Origin: Octopus vulgaris
Taxonomy: Eukaryota
Direction: 5' to 3'
Assembly: GCA_951406725.2 (NCBI GenBank)
Contig: OX597814.1
Location: 224,440,001 to 224,504,000, forward strand
DNA length: 64,000 nt
Shown here: piece by piece, positions 26,438-37,696 of the stretch
Layout of the letters: every line of letters starts with the position of its first letter
Numbering within the stretch: the stretch's first letter is position 1
Notes under the pieces: generated by a model
What the model was told of the DNA's origin: nothing
Databases searched by the model: none
Seen by the model: the letters and a program-made list of their open reading frames with translations, nothing else
Position numbers and translations under genes: made by a program

Positions 26438-26652
26438 AGTCTGGCATAGTGGCTGATGACTATGACGATGACGGATGCGGCGGCGGTGGTGAAGTTGGTG
26501 TTGATGACGATACACGAGGGTGGTGCAATATCGGCTACAGCATGAAAACTCTTGTAACTATGTCAAAGAAAAAGTAGTTTCCTACCAAGAAAGACTAAAA
26601 AAAAATTTTTTTTTTTGAAATCTCTTATTTCTCCTTCAAGCAGAACTTCATA

Positions 26653-26730
<78 letters not shown>

Positions 26731-26811
26731 CGTTTGTGAGTGAGTGTTAGGATTTAAGAGGGATAATGAGTATGTGTATGTGAGCGTGCATGCGTTATAT
26801 TCCTCTGTCTA

Positions 26812-27023
26812 AAGGCGGCGAGCTGGCGAAATGCGTAGCCGTATTTCGTCTGCCGTAACGTTCTGAATTCAAATTCCGCCGAGGTCGACTTTGCCTTTCA
26901 TCCTTTCGGGGTCGATAAATTAAGTACCAGTTACGCACTGGGGTCGATGTAATCGACTTAATCTGTTTGTCTGTCCTTGTTTGTCCCCTCTGTGTTTAGC
27001 CCCTTGTGGGCAGTAAAGAAATA
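26812..27023 (+). mobile_element. SINE B monomer with TSD
   Basis: Family B with a short head deletion. TATATTCCTCTGTCTA duplicated on both flanks. Confidence 0.9.
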
Positions 27024-27222
27024 TATATTCCTCTGTCTATATACGTGCATATGTAATATACAAACATTCAAATATACAAATAGACGTGTCTGTGTGGTTA
27101 AAAGTTTGTTTTCTAGCTACATGGTTTCGGGTTCAGTCCTACAGCATGGTCATCCTGTCTTTTGTTGCCTAGGAGCGACTCAAACCTTGTGAGTGGATTT
27201 AATAAAAGGACGTATACATACA

Positions 27223-27314
<92 letters not shown>

Positions 27315-27484
27315 CAGGAGTAGCTGTGTGGTAAGTAGCTTGCTTACCAACCACATGGTTCTGGGATCAGTCTCACTTGCGTGGTACCTTAGGCAAGTGT
27401 CTTCTATTATAGCCTCGGGCCGACCAAAGCCTTGTGAGTGAATTTGGTAGACGGAAACTGAAAGAAGCCCGTCGTATATATGTA

Positions 27485-27550
<66 letters not shown>

Positions 27551-27763
27551 CATTTTGTGTGTCTGTGTTTGTCCCCCAGCATCGCTTGACAACCGATGCT
27601 GGTGTGTTTACGTCCCCGTAATTTAGCGGTCCGGGTAAAGTGACCGATAGAATAAGCACTAGGCTTACAAAGAATAAGTCCTGGGGTCGATTTGCTCGAC
27701 TAAAGGCGGTGCTCCAGCATGGCAGCATTCAAATGACTGAAACAAGTAAAAGAGTAAAAGAGT
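27315..27763 (+). mobile_element. SINE A full length (partial older copy at about 27082-27215)
   Basis: Full homology. The tail is interrupted by an RTE derivative. Confidence 0.9.
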
Positions 27764-28372
27764 CGTCGTCGTCGTCGTCGTCAGCATCCGTCCGTCTCAA
27801 GAGACGATGATGTAGCTCGGAAAAGGAGGTGGGTTTATCTGCACACTGCTGGGGTGTCCTCTCCAGTCCTCTTCCTGGGTTGAGCTACAAGACCTGGGCA
27901 GGTTTGTATGAGGGATCAGCTGTTGCCCATGCAGTTTGATCCCCCCCTCTCCACGCAGTTGGTAGCTCCAAGGGAACGACGGGTCGATACAGCTTGGTAC
28001 CAGGAGTTGCCGGTGATGACGTGTTGTGTCAGGCCGCCTTAGGGACCCCAACTCCGGATTTTCTGTCGGGGGTTTACTCCCTTAGCATTCCCCAGGAGGG
28101 GGTCGTGCCGCAAGACAGTGGAGGTTTGAAATCGGAGTTTCTCTGGGCTGCCAGTCAAGGCTATCCAGTCCCAACTACCCGAAGCAACTGGTTTTAAGGC
28201 GCCAGTGACTCGCCTTTGCCCCTTCTCCTGTCAGTGGGAAGTTTCGCCGCGGGAAGGCCAGGAGTTGGACTTGACTGTCAGAGACTATTTGAGACGCACG
28301 CCGTAGGAGCACTTTGTAGGCAGTGGGAGCTTATCCCCGCTACCACTCCCGGCTGTGACAGCCTTTGAAGCC
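27764..28372 (-). mobile_element. non-autonomous RTE-type element (5' UTR fused to 3' end), (GAC)n tail, TSD
   Basis: GC-rich 609-bp block. The minus strand has RTE-like 5' motifs (AAACTCCGATTTCAAACC, GGGAGTAAACCCC) and ends CATCGTCTCTTGAGACGGACGGATGCT(GAC)n. TSD AGTAAAAGAGT at 27753-27763 and 28373-28383. Confidence 0.75.
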
Positions 28373-28496
28373 AGTAAAAGAGTATATATATAATTATAAT
28401 AAAGGCTAAAATCAATAATAATTTTACAAGGTAGCCAGTAGTGCGGAAATAAAAGCCTTTTAGATAAATTTTATAAAATATTTTATAATTATATTC

Positions 28497-28569
28497 ATAA
28501 CAAGTGATCAGCTTTATGGCTCACTACGCACCAAATAAATTATAGGGCATAAAGCTGATCCCTTGTTAT
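28497..28569. repeat. 22-bp-arm inverted repeat (hairpin)
   Basis: ATAACAAGTGATCAGCTTTATG / CATAAAGCTGATCCCTTGTTAT, one mismatch. Confidence 0.9.
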
Positions 28570-28660
28570 AATTATGAATATATAATTAGATATATATATA
28601 TATATATATATATATTTGTAAAAAAGGAGTTTGAAAATGCCACTATATTAGATAAATTTT

Positions 28661-28711
28661 AATTTTTAGATGTTTCTGTTCTTGAAGTAACGAACCTTAT
28701 CAAAAAGAATT
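28661..28711 (-). ncRNA. hammerhead ribozyme copy in the 3' pLTR (mutated)
   Basis: Minus: TTT-TTGATAA-GGTTC-GTTACTTCAA-GAACA-GAAA-CATC-TA-AAAA. Two substitutions break stem II and stem III relative to the 30416 copy. Confidence 0.65.
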
Positions 28712-29135
28712 TTTTATAATAAAGATTATAATGGAACAGTTCATAATTGTTTCATACATTCAATAGAGTCCATGCTATATACATAAAGAGTATAATGGAA
28801 CAGTTCATAATTGTTTCATACATTCAATAGAGTCCATGCTATATACATTCAATAGAATCCATGTTCTTGAAAAGGCGAAAAATATATTATAAGGTGTAAG
28901 TCGTTCCGTACTGTTTTGTCAAGTGTAGTGCAGGAGATCATTATAGATTTTACCTTGTGTTCCGATGGGAGCAACTGTAGTGATTCTTGGTTGTCGTAAT
29001 TTTGGTCAACTTGTGATTGTTGGGTTTATATCAGTTAAGTCAGTAGTAGCTGTGGTCTCTGGCACTGTTCACTGACGTCATATAATTCCAAACCAATCAA
29101 AGCCAAACTTCAACGATTATAAGGAAGAGACCCCC

Positions 29136-29486
29136 AACTGTATCCTGTTTAGGAAACCAGCCAAGCAGAACGATAAGTTTGACCACGGAAGAAAAACGTC
29201 ATCAATTTTTTAGCGAATCAAAATTAGATCTGACCCATAATTGTATCCTGTTAGGTGGCTAGTTTGACCACCGAAGAAAAACGTCATCAATTTTTTAGCG
29301 AATCAAAGTCAGATCTGACCCATAATTGTATCCTGGTTAGTTTGACCACGGAAGAAAAACGTCATCAATTTTTTAACGAATCAGAATTAGACCTGACCCA
29401 TAACTGTATCTTCAAGCATGGCGACAAGCTTGACTACTGAGGTAAAACGTCATCAATTTTTTGACTAATCAAAATCAGATCTGTTC
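29136..29486. repeat. four-copy tandem repeat (78-88 bp) in the PLE 3' region
   Basis: Units start at 29176, 29261, 29339 and 29427, with invariant AAAACGTCATCAATTTTT. Confidence 0.9.
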
Positions 29487-29729
29487 GCAGAGAATAAAAA
29501 TTCTTTTTATAAATTTTTCCTTCCCTAAGACATACCACTGCCAGCGGGAGTGACTGTTTAAGGATCTGAGAAATTGTAATTGCCTCCACCTCCACTATTT
29601 TAATTCTCTCACTGTGGCCGTAGTAACAGTGACCACGGTGGTTGTAGTAGTGGTAGTGTTAGTGGGAGCAGTCGTAGTGGTTGTGATAGAGTTTCGTTTT
29701 TTTCTTTTTCGGAAGACCAATGTTTTGTT

Positions 29730-30330
29730 TTAATATTCCTGGCCCAGGGTGTTCAAACTTGGCCTAAATTTTTTTATGAAATAAAGTTCTTTATTTTGGC
29801 GTTGCGTTAAGGTTACGCTGTCACTGAATTTGTAAAGTGGGTAAGTTGTAAATTTCGGATTTTCATTTGCAGCATATCTATCTATGTGTCCGCTTACCGG
29901 TATTTTCCGGTATTCAGGGTTTCTAATTTGTGATTTATGCACCGCCATCCTGTTACGTAAGCTATTTTTTGTATGGCCTATATATTGCCTATTGCAGTCT
30001 GTGCATGTTAAGACGTAAATTAGGTTTTCTGATGCACAGGTGAAGTTTGTTCTAATGGTGAACTGATGGCCTTGTTCTAGTATAAATTCTGAACCTTCTA
30101 CTAAGATGACACAGATTCCGCAGTTGGGCCTTCCACATTTTCTAACTGCTGGTTTTGTGGTTGATGTTGGGTGCAGTTTAGCTTGGGTTAAAATCCTTTT
30201 CAAGGATTTTGGTTGCCGTTTACTTATAATGATGGTGTGTGTTTCGAGGATCCGGTTCATCTTTGGGTCTCCCTTTAGTAGGGCTGTGCTTTGTAGTATG
30301 GTGCTGAAGGCCTCAGTGTTAAGTGGGTTG
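29730..30330 (-). CDS. C-terminal GIY-YIG endonuclease of a Penelope-like element (RT lost by 5' truncation)
   Basis: CGRPNCGIC linker knuckle, FTC, NLIY-VLT-CTDC-NRQ-YIGHT, conserved R..H..H and E..FIKKFRPSLN. The CCHH-type GIY-YIG is like that of Neptune/Naiad-group PLEs. Confidence 0.92.
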
Positions 30331-30415
30331 TGTACTTTTTATGTATATAGCATGGACTCTATTGAATGTATGAAACAATTATGAACTATTCCATTATAAT
30401 CTTTATTATTAAAAA

Positions 30416-30465
30416 ATTCTTTTTGATAAGGTTCGTTATTTCAAGAACCGAAACATGTAAAAATT
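30416..30465 (+). ncRNA. minimal type-I hammerhead ribozyme, U3-A8 core variant
   Basis: TTT-TTGATAA(30423-29)-GGTTC-GTTATTTCAA-GAACC-GAAA(30450-53)-C-AT-G-T-A(30459)-AAA. Perfect stem II, palindromic ACATGT stem III, GUA cleavage triplet. Confidence 0.75.
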
Positions 30466-31174
30466 AAAATTTATCTAATATAGTGGCATTTTTAAACTCC
30501 TTTTTTACAAATATATACCCACTCGTATACGATCTAATCTTATTATATATATATATATATATAATTGAATAAGATAGAATCTACAAGAAGGAATACGGTT
30601 AGACAGTTATTTAATAATCACTACACATGTTTCCATAAAACATAGATCATCATATATACAGGAATTAAAATATAGTACCGGCTATTTGGTAATTCTAAGG
30701 GGGAACGAGCTCTATTTTGTACTCTGCTACATTGCTCTTAAATATATATACATATTCGCCTTTCGGTTAGTTCGCCTTCCGATCTCTTTTCTATAAATAT
30801 GATTTTTGACCAATTAATCTTTTCGACAACGTACTCCAAGCAGTGGCAAGAAGGGTGGTGCTGCCGTACAATCAGTGCTGTGGGTGGATAAAGCAGGTCA
30901 GTCTAGGAAGGCAGGTCATCTAACACATATCGGTTTGACAATCGTGGGATCAAATAAAATTGTGGGTGTATGTATTTGTGCAATATCTTTCACTATCTTT
31001 CTTTCCGCCTTTCAGCCAATAAGCTTACGAACGATATGTGTTTAGACCAATATGTTTTTAATAAATGCTCCTAGAACCCTACCTGCAGAAATTCGGGATG
31101 ATAGCGTTTCCCGTTCAATGTCCCCTTATCACTTCATCTAACCTCACCCTCAAGAGCTTCATCCGTCATATATC

Positions 31175-31569
31175 TTTTCTACTCTTGGCATAAGGCCCGA
31201 AATTTTGGGGGAGGGTCCAGTCGATTAGATCGACTTCAGTACGCAACTGGTAATTAATTTATCGAACCCGAAAGGATGAAAGGCAAAGTTGACTTCGGCG
31301 GAATTTGAACTCAGAACGTAACGGCAGACGAAATACCTATTTCTTTACTATCCACAAGGGGCTAAATACAGAGGGGACGAACAAGAACAGACAAACGGAT
31401 TAAGTCGATTATATCGACCCCAGTATGTAACTGGTACTTATTTAATCGACCCCGAAAGGATGAAAGGCAAAGTCGACCTCGGCGGAATTTGAACTCAGAA
31501 CGTAAATGCAGACGAAATACGGCTACGCATTTCGCCCGGCGTGCTAACGTTTCTGCCAGCTCGCCGCCT
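31175..31569 (-). mobile_element. SINE B dimer bounded by a 17-bp TSD
   Basis: Head, body, tail1, body, tail2. TTCATCCGTCATATATC at 31158-31174 and 31570-31586. Confidence 0.92.
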
Positions 31570-31729
31570 TTCATCCGTCATATATCGACTTAAAAATGTT
31601 TTAAACCGTTAATCAGTCGTATCAATGTCATCAATGTTGAAGTACCTGAAAAAGTCATGGACACTACCATTTTCTAACTAAACTATTCATAGAAAAATAA
31701 AATAGATGTAACGTTCAGGTTCTCTTTAT

Positions 31730-32200
31730 TGGAGTTGTCTATTTCTCCCACTGCTAAGACTGCTATTGAGTACTCTTGCAGACATCTTAAATCGCACTAG
31801 CAAAGCCATTCGACTGACACATATAAAGTTGTTTGTCAACATACATCAGTCTCTGGTCTACAGACATGTTATCTTCCTAGTCTATCTTCTCCACTCTAAC
31901 TATATTGGACTTTGCTCCCTGGAACAAGCTTTCCTCGTACTTACATCCGCAAAAGTACTACAGACTAATTTGTTTCCCCAGTTCATGTAACCCATATTGC
32001 CTCCTCTTTCCTAGCTTTGCATTAACCAATTTACGCAGTGCTGTGTATACAAATGAAAATCGTGTACAACCCGTCTGATGGTCTGAACATGATCCAGTTT
32101 AGCATCACCACCGGGCCCTCCATTATCTTGAACGGACTCCATTTTGTTAAAACAGATAACTTATTCCCTTCCTTCTACTTGTCCTGGAAGCCCCACAGAA
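31730..32200 (+). pseudogene. decayed LINE ORF2 C-terminal fragment (CR1/Jockey-like)
   Basis: ILNRTSKAIRLT..QSLVYRHV..GLCSLE resembles LDRVQSKAIRLI..QPLSHRR..CSSEL. Confidence 0.45.
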
Positions 32201-33344
32201 GTGTAATGGCTACAGCCCTCATTCTTTTCACTAAGCAATTAAAAAAAGAAGAAATTAAATAGTATTTCAGTCTCAAAATACCAAAGGTCTTTTTTTTTAG
32301 TTAAACCCTATAAATGCAATTAATATTTATTTGCTGAGAACTAAACTAACTTTGAACAAAGATTATATATGTATCATATTTTAATAAATTAGATTAAAAA
32401 TTAATTGAGTCATAACGACAACAAACTAACCTTGAACAAAGTTTATATACATATTTTAATTAATTGGGATAAAAATTGAGCGAATAATACGACAATTAAA
32501 TATCCGCACACTCGTTGTTTTTGTTTGGTCTCATGTCAAGCCACATCAAAGGCATTCCCGCTAAGACATTCTAATTTTTTCAGACATAGTGTACCTAAGA
32601 CTAGGTTGTCAAATATATTCTCCTAATGAGACTAAAGTTTGTGATTTAAGGGAGACATAGCTGCTTTTTGTCGAAAGTCGACCAACCAAAGAAAAGCTAC
32701 TTTGAAACTATTCTTTCAATAATTTCGTGTCGTTTGAGCCATTTGAGTTTTCTACAAATTTTAACAGACAGATGGAATTATATGGAAAAAAAAATAACTA
32801 ACTTGGTTTCAAATTTTCGCACAAGGCCACTAATTTCGGGGAAAGGGGTCAATTAGTTCAACTCCAGTGCTCAACTGGTACTTATTTTATCGACTCCTAA
32901 AGTATGAACGGCAAAATCGACCCTGGCGAAATTTGAACTCAGAACACGTAGATGGTTGAAAAATAACCATATTAACATGATAAATGTAATAAAAAGATAG
33001 ATTTAAGTTATAACAAAGATATGATTGTCAAGAAATGTTAGACCGTTAAATAAATGTGTTTAAACAAGAATTAAAATCATTTATTCAGCAGAAACAAGAA
33101 TTAAAATCATCAATTTGAAAGAAAAAAACGTTACAAAATGGTGGGATTAATTATAAGATTTCTTTTGGGGATTAATCTTGTTCAACCTTGTTCTAAGTTA
33201 CAAAACTGTCGCGTGAGACTTTAAATGCCCGGAGTCAAGTTCTGAGGTTATCTATAAATGTGTGGTATGGTGTTTATGCAACAAATCATAATGATGTTAG
33301 GTGTACAACATTAATACGTAAAAATCTATGTAACAGTATATATA

Positions 33345-33990
33345 AAGACATGGCGGTGTGGTTCATTAGCTCGCTTTGCAGCCATGTGGTTTCAAGTTCA
33401 ATTACACAGTGAGGCACCTTTGGCAAGTGTCTTTTAATATGGGCCAAGCAGATCAATTCACTTCTGAGTGAATATATTAGACAGAAACTGTAGAAGGCGG
33501 TGAGCTAGCAGAAACGTAGGGCGAAATGCGTAGCTGTATTTCGTCTGTCTTTATGTTCTGAATTCAAATTCCGCCTAGGTCGACTTTGCCTTTCATCCCT
33601 TCGGAGTCGATGAAATAAGTACCAGTTACGCACTGGGGTTGGTATAATCGACTTAATCCATTTGTCTGTCCTTGTTTGTGTTTAGCCCCTTGTGGGCAAT
33701 TAAGAAATAAAAAACAGTAGAAACCCGTCATGTGTGCATGTATGTATGAATGTATGTACGTCTGTATGTATAATGCGTGAGTGTGGTGTGTGTGTGTGAC
33801 TTTGTATTTATGTTCGTTGACAGCCGGTGTTGGCTTGGTTACGTCATCGTGACTGGGAAAAGAGACTGATAGAATAAGTACCCGATTAAAAAAAAATTAG
33901 TACTAGGCTCGATTTGTTTGACTAAGCTCTTGAAGGCGGCACCCCGGCATGATTGCAATCCTATAATTGAAACAAGTCAAAGATAAAAGA
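33345..33990 (+). mobile_element. old SINE A interrupted by SINE B (33494-33710)
   Basis: The A body stops at ACAGAAACTGTAG, B is inserted, and A resumes at AAAACAGTAGAAACCCGTC. Confidence 0.85.
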
Positions 33991-34046
33991 TATATATATA
34001 TATATATAATACACGCACGCGCATATGTTCACACACACACACACAC

Positions 34047-34087
<41 letters not shown>

Positions 34088-34496
34088 CCAGTCTCAGGCG
34101 AGTACTTACTTTATCAGACAAACAAAGGGAAAGGAAAGCGAATTGTATAAGTAGTGATTTGAACAGCTTTTATCTAAGTGATCCGCTCATTTGTAAATTC
34201 TTATCGAAATAATGAAGCTGATTGATAAAGGTTGTGGTTTTCCTTGGATCTTAATGAGACAATTGCTTGGTGTTTCGCAAGTACCTGCAACAGGAGCTAT
34301 TCTCGTTATATAGTTCTAACCGAAAGGGTTCCGGCTGAATATCTTAAGTGGATCACCTGTTTTATTGTTTTAATGGGGTTTTGTTTTAACTCTATTGATT
34401 TTGTTTAGAACTGCAATTATCATCGATTTTTTTATTATCTCACTAATTACGTTTTTTCATGCATTTCGGGTATTATTACAAAACTTTCTTCATAGA

Positions 34497-34865
34497 CGTA
34501 GGCGTGACTGTGTGGTTGATGAAGCTTGCTTCTAAACCATGTGGTCTTAAGTTCAGTCCCACTGTGTGGCTCCCAGCCGAATAAACCCTTGCGACTGAAT
34601 TTAGTGGACAGAAGTAGAAAGAAGCCCGTCATACCCACACGTGTGTGTGTGTGTGTTTTTGTCGTATTTGTCCCGCATAACCGCTTGACAACTGGTGTTG
34701 ATGTGCTTACGTCCGCGTAACTTCGTGGTTCGGCGAAAGACGCCGATAAAAGAAGTATTAAACTTTAAAAAGTAATAAGTACTGGGGTCGATTTGTTCGA
34801 CTAAAACTCTTCATGGTAGTGCCCCATCAGGGCCACAGACCAATGACTGAAACAAGTAAAAAACA
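34497..34865 (+). mobile_element. SINE A, diverged
   Basis: Head, body and tail recognisable. Confidence 0.85.
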
Positions 34866-35182
34866 AGAAAAAAAAAAGAATAATGGTTTAGTTCCATGCT
34901 ATTATTGCTGTAATTAACCCGGGAACATTACACTGGTGATTGACTCAATTTGGGATCGAACATTTAGCCTAATAGTCGACAATTCGTACTATGTCACAAG
35001 TACTGCATCATGTCCCCAGTGAAGACTCTAAGCAAGGCATTCTCAAAGCCTTTTTCTAGAATATCCTTTCATAGTACAAGCAGTGTTGTCTTATCCCATA
35101 TAAAAGTAAACAGTAAAATGATTGGATACCATACGAAAGGCAATAGACATGGATTGTTTGTATTTAATTCAAGAAGAAGTCT

Positions 35183-35850
35183 AAGGCGGCGCGCTGACAG
35201 AGTCGTTACAACGTCAAGCAAACTGCTTAGTAGCATTTAATCTGTCTTCGTGTTCTGAGCTCAAAATTCCGCCGAGGTCGACTTTGCATTCATCCTTTCG
35301 TGGTCGATAAAATTAGTATCAGCTGAATACAAGGGTCAATGTAACCGTGTTAACCTCTCTGCTGAAATTGTTGCCCTTGTGCCAAAATTTGAAATTAATT
35401 TAATAAAAAGCTGAGGGCAGTGAGTTCGTAGAATTGTTACAGTGCCGGTTCAAATGTTTTGTGGTATTTCTTCCGGCTCTTTTCGATATAAGTTCCAATC
35501 CAGTCAACCGAGGTTAACTTTATTTTTCATCCTTTCGGTCGGGGGTCGGTATAATAAGTAAAAGTGGAAGAATGGAATCGGTGTAATCGACCTATCCCCC
35601 TCCCCTCAAAATTGATGTCCTTGTGACAAAATTAAAAAGAATCATTTGGTTAAGGCAGTGAGCTGGCAGAATCGTCAGCACGTCGGACAAAATGCTTAGT
35701 GGCATTTCCTCCGGTTTTACGTTCTGAGTTCAAATTCCGGCAATTCCAACATGTCTATCTTTCGGAATCAGTAAAATAAGTACCAGTCGAATACTGGGGG
35801 AATGTAATCGACTATCCGACTTCCACAAAATTCCAGGTCTTGTGCTTTTA
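35183..35850 (+). mobile_element. three adjacent same-orientation old SINE B (tail 2) copies
   Basis: Heads at about 35183, 35414 and 35652, each with B body and ..CCTTGTG tail. Confidence 0.8.
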
Positions 35851-36413
35851 CTAGACAGATTAAACACATTTAATAACTCGCTGTAAATGAACAGCCAACC
35901 TCATTCGAAAATTTGGAAAAAGACAAAAACACAAATCTCGTTGTTTCCGAAAAAGTGAAACTAGTCTTGAGAATTGGTAGAATACCTCACCGAATGTATG
36001 TCACAGTCTTCTGACCTAACTTCACTCCCGACGGTTTCTTCAAGTATTACTTATTCAGAGAAATGTCAACGTCCTATAAAATTTAAGTTTTATATTTCAC
36101 CAGATTTAATTTTTCAAATACGTCATATGTTGCCGTTTATTCTCTTTGTATTTCGCCTTTTCCTTTCATCTCACTAAAGTGTGTGTGTGTGAGTGTGTGA
36201 GTATGTGTGTGTGTGCGTGCGAGAGAGAGAGAGAAATGGTTTTTGTGTCACATTGACTTTTCAGGGGTTTCTTATCAAACATACGTGCAACTGTCATTAT
36301 TGACATGCGCAAATACACAAACACACATGTGGAGATATACATACACAGATGCATAGATACATAGATACATACATTCATACATACATATACACATCAATAT
36401 GTATGTATATACA

Positions 36414-36462
<49 letters not shown>

Positions 36463-36560
36463 TTATACATACGTACATATTTATACATACATACATACAT
36501 ATATACATACACATACATACATATACATAAATACATACATACATACTTATACACACACAT

Positions 36561-36637
<77 letters not shown>

Positions 36638-37089
36638 CAAGAAAGTAATATTTCGAATGCAGTATGGCTGTGAAAACAGCAGAAAGATTGAGTTCGATAC
36701 TCCGCGTTCCGCATCTCCGATCTTGGGACAATTGTGGATAAGGTACATACAAGTAGCATATAATAGACACACACTGGTAATGTTGGAATTTCCTTATAAG
36801 CTCAAATGGGCGAAGAAAAAGATCGTTGAGAACTTTACCGTTAGATAGAGGAGGTTAGATAAGCTTATACAAAAATGATGTAAATAAGCATGCGAAAAAT
36901 ATGAAAGGAAATTAAAAATACTTATATACATGTACCAGGATATAAAAATATGTGTTTTGCATAACTACAAACGTTGCAAGGAAGATAACTCCCAATTTTT
37001 AGGGATTTAAACCATATGAATTTTTAAAAAAATGGGAAAACATCCTAAAGTTATGCATTTTGTTCTGAAGTACCCATTTGTGGGTATTA

Positions 37090-37306
37090 AAAGGGGTGCT
37101 GAAAAGTTCCTGGCTTTGGGCAAAAGAAAACACAGGAGGATCAGTTGATTATGATTCTATTCACCATTTTCCCCTCTCAGATTCACACACTTATTGCAGC
37201 AGTTCTTCGGTTTTTCTCAGCCCCGTAAAAGAACTCGGAAGGTTGGGCCTCCAGCCAGGCCTTTCACGAGACCCTTATAGCCAAGAACTTTTCCCCATCC
37301 TCTCAT
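37090..37306 (-). mobile_element. mariner-derived MITE
   Basis: TIR AGGGGTGCTGAAAAGTTCCTGGCT / AGCCAAGAACTTTTCCCCATCCT. The interior minus strand encodes KAWLEAQPSEFF..CNKCVNLRGE (mariner C-terminus). Confidence 0.8.
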
Positions 37307-37320
37307 CTATTTGAATATAT

Positions 37321-37680
37321 AGGCGCAGGAGTGGCTGTGTGGTAAGTAGCTTGCTTACCAACCACATTGTTCTAGGTTCAGTCCCACTGCGTGGCATCTT
37401 GGGCAAGTGTCTTCTACTATAGCCTCGGGCCGACCAAAGCCTTGTGAGTGGATTTGGTAGGCGGAAACTCAAAGAAGCCAGTCGTATATATGTATATGTA
37501 TATATGTGTGTGTGTATATGTTTGTGTGTCTGTGTTTGTCCCCCTAGCATCGCTTGACAACCGATGCTGGTGTGGTTATGTTTACAAAGAATAAGTCCCG
37601 GGCTTGATTTTCTCGACTAGAGGTGGTGCTCCAGCATGGCCGCAGTCAAATGACAGAAGCAAGTAAAAGAGTAAAGAGTA
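37321..37680 (+). mobile_element. SINE A (small internal deletion)
   Basis: Family homology. Confidence 0.9.
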
Positions 37681-37696
37681 TATGTACCAACATGCA

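Larger units (their letters stand above)
28611..30543 (-). mobile_element. 5'-truncated Penelope-like element with inverted pLTRs, inserted in (TA)n
   Basis: GIY-YIG ORF plus about 180-bp inverted repeats (28611-28792 and 30333-30516), each with an HHR motif. (TA)n on both flanks. Confidence 0.9.

Noticed and set aside
28150-28372. HDV-like ribozyme at the RTE 5' end
   Set aside because: A P1-like pair (GGCTGTC/GACAGTC) exists, but I could not assign P3/L3, P1.1 or J4/2.
29255-29440. Coding repeat SLTTEEKRHQFF.. with apparently synonymous variation
   Set aside because: Unit spacings of 85, 78 and 88 bp break the frame and the fourth unit has a stop.
28860-29730. SECIS element in the PLE 3' region (Naiad selenoprotein hypothesis)
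   Set aside because: ATGA..AAA spacing in the repeats is not canonical, and there is no in-frame TGA in the retained ORF.
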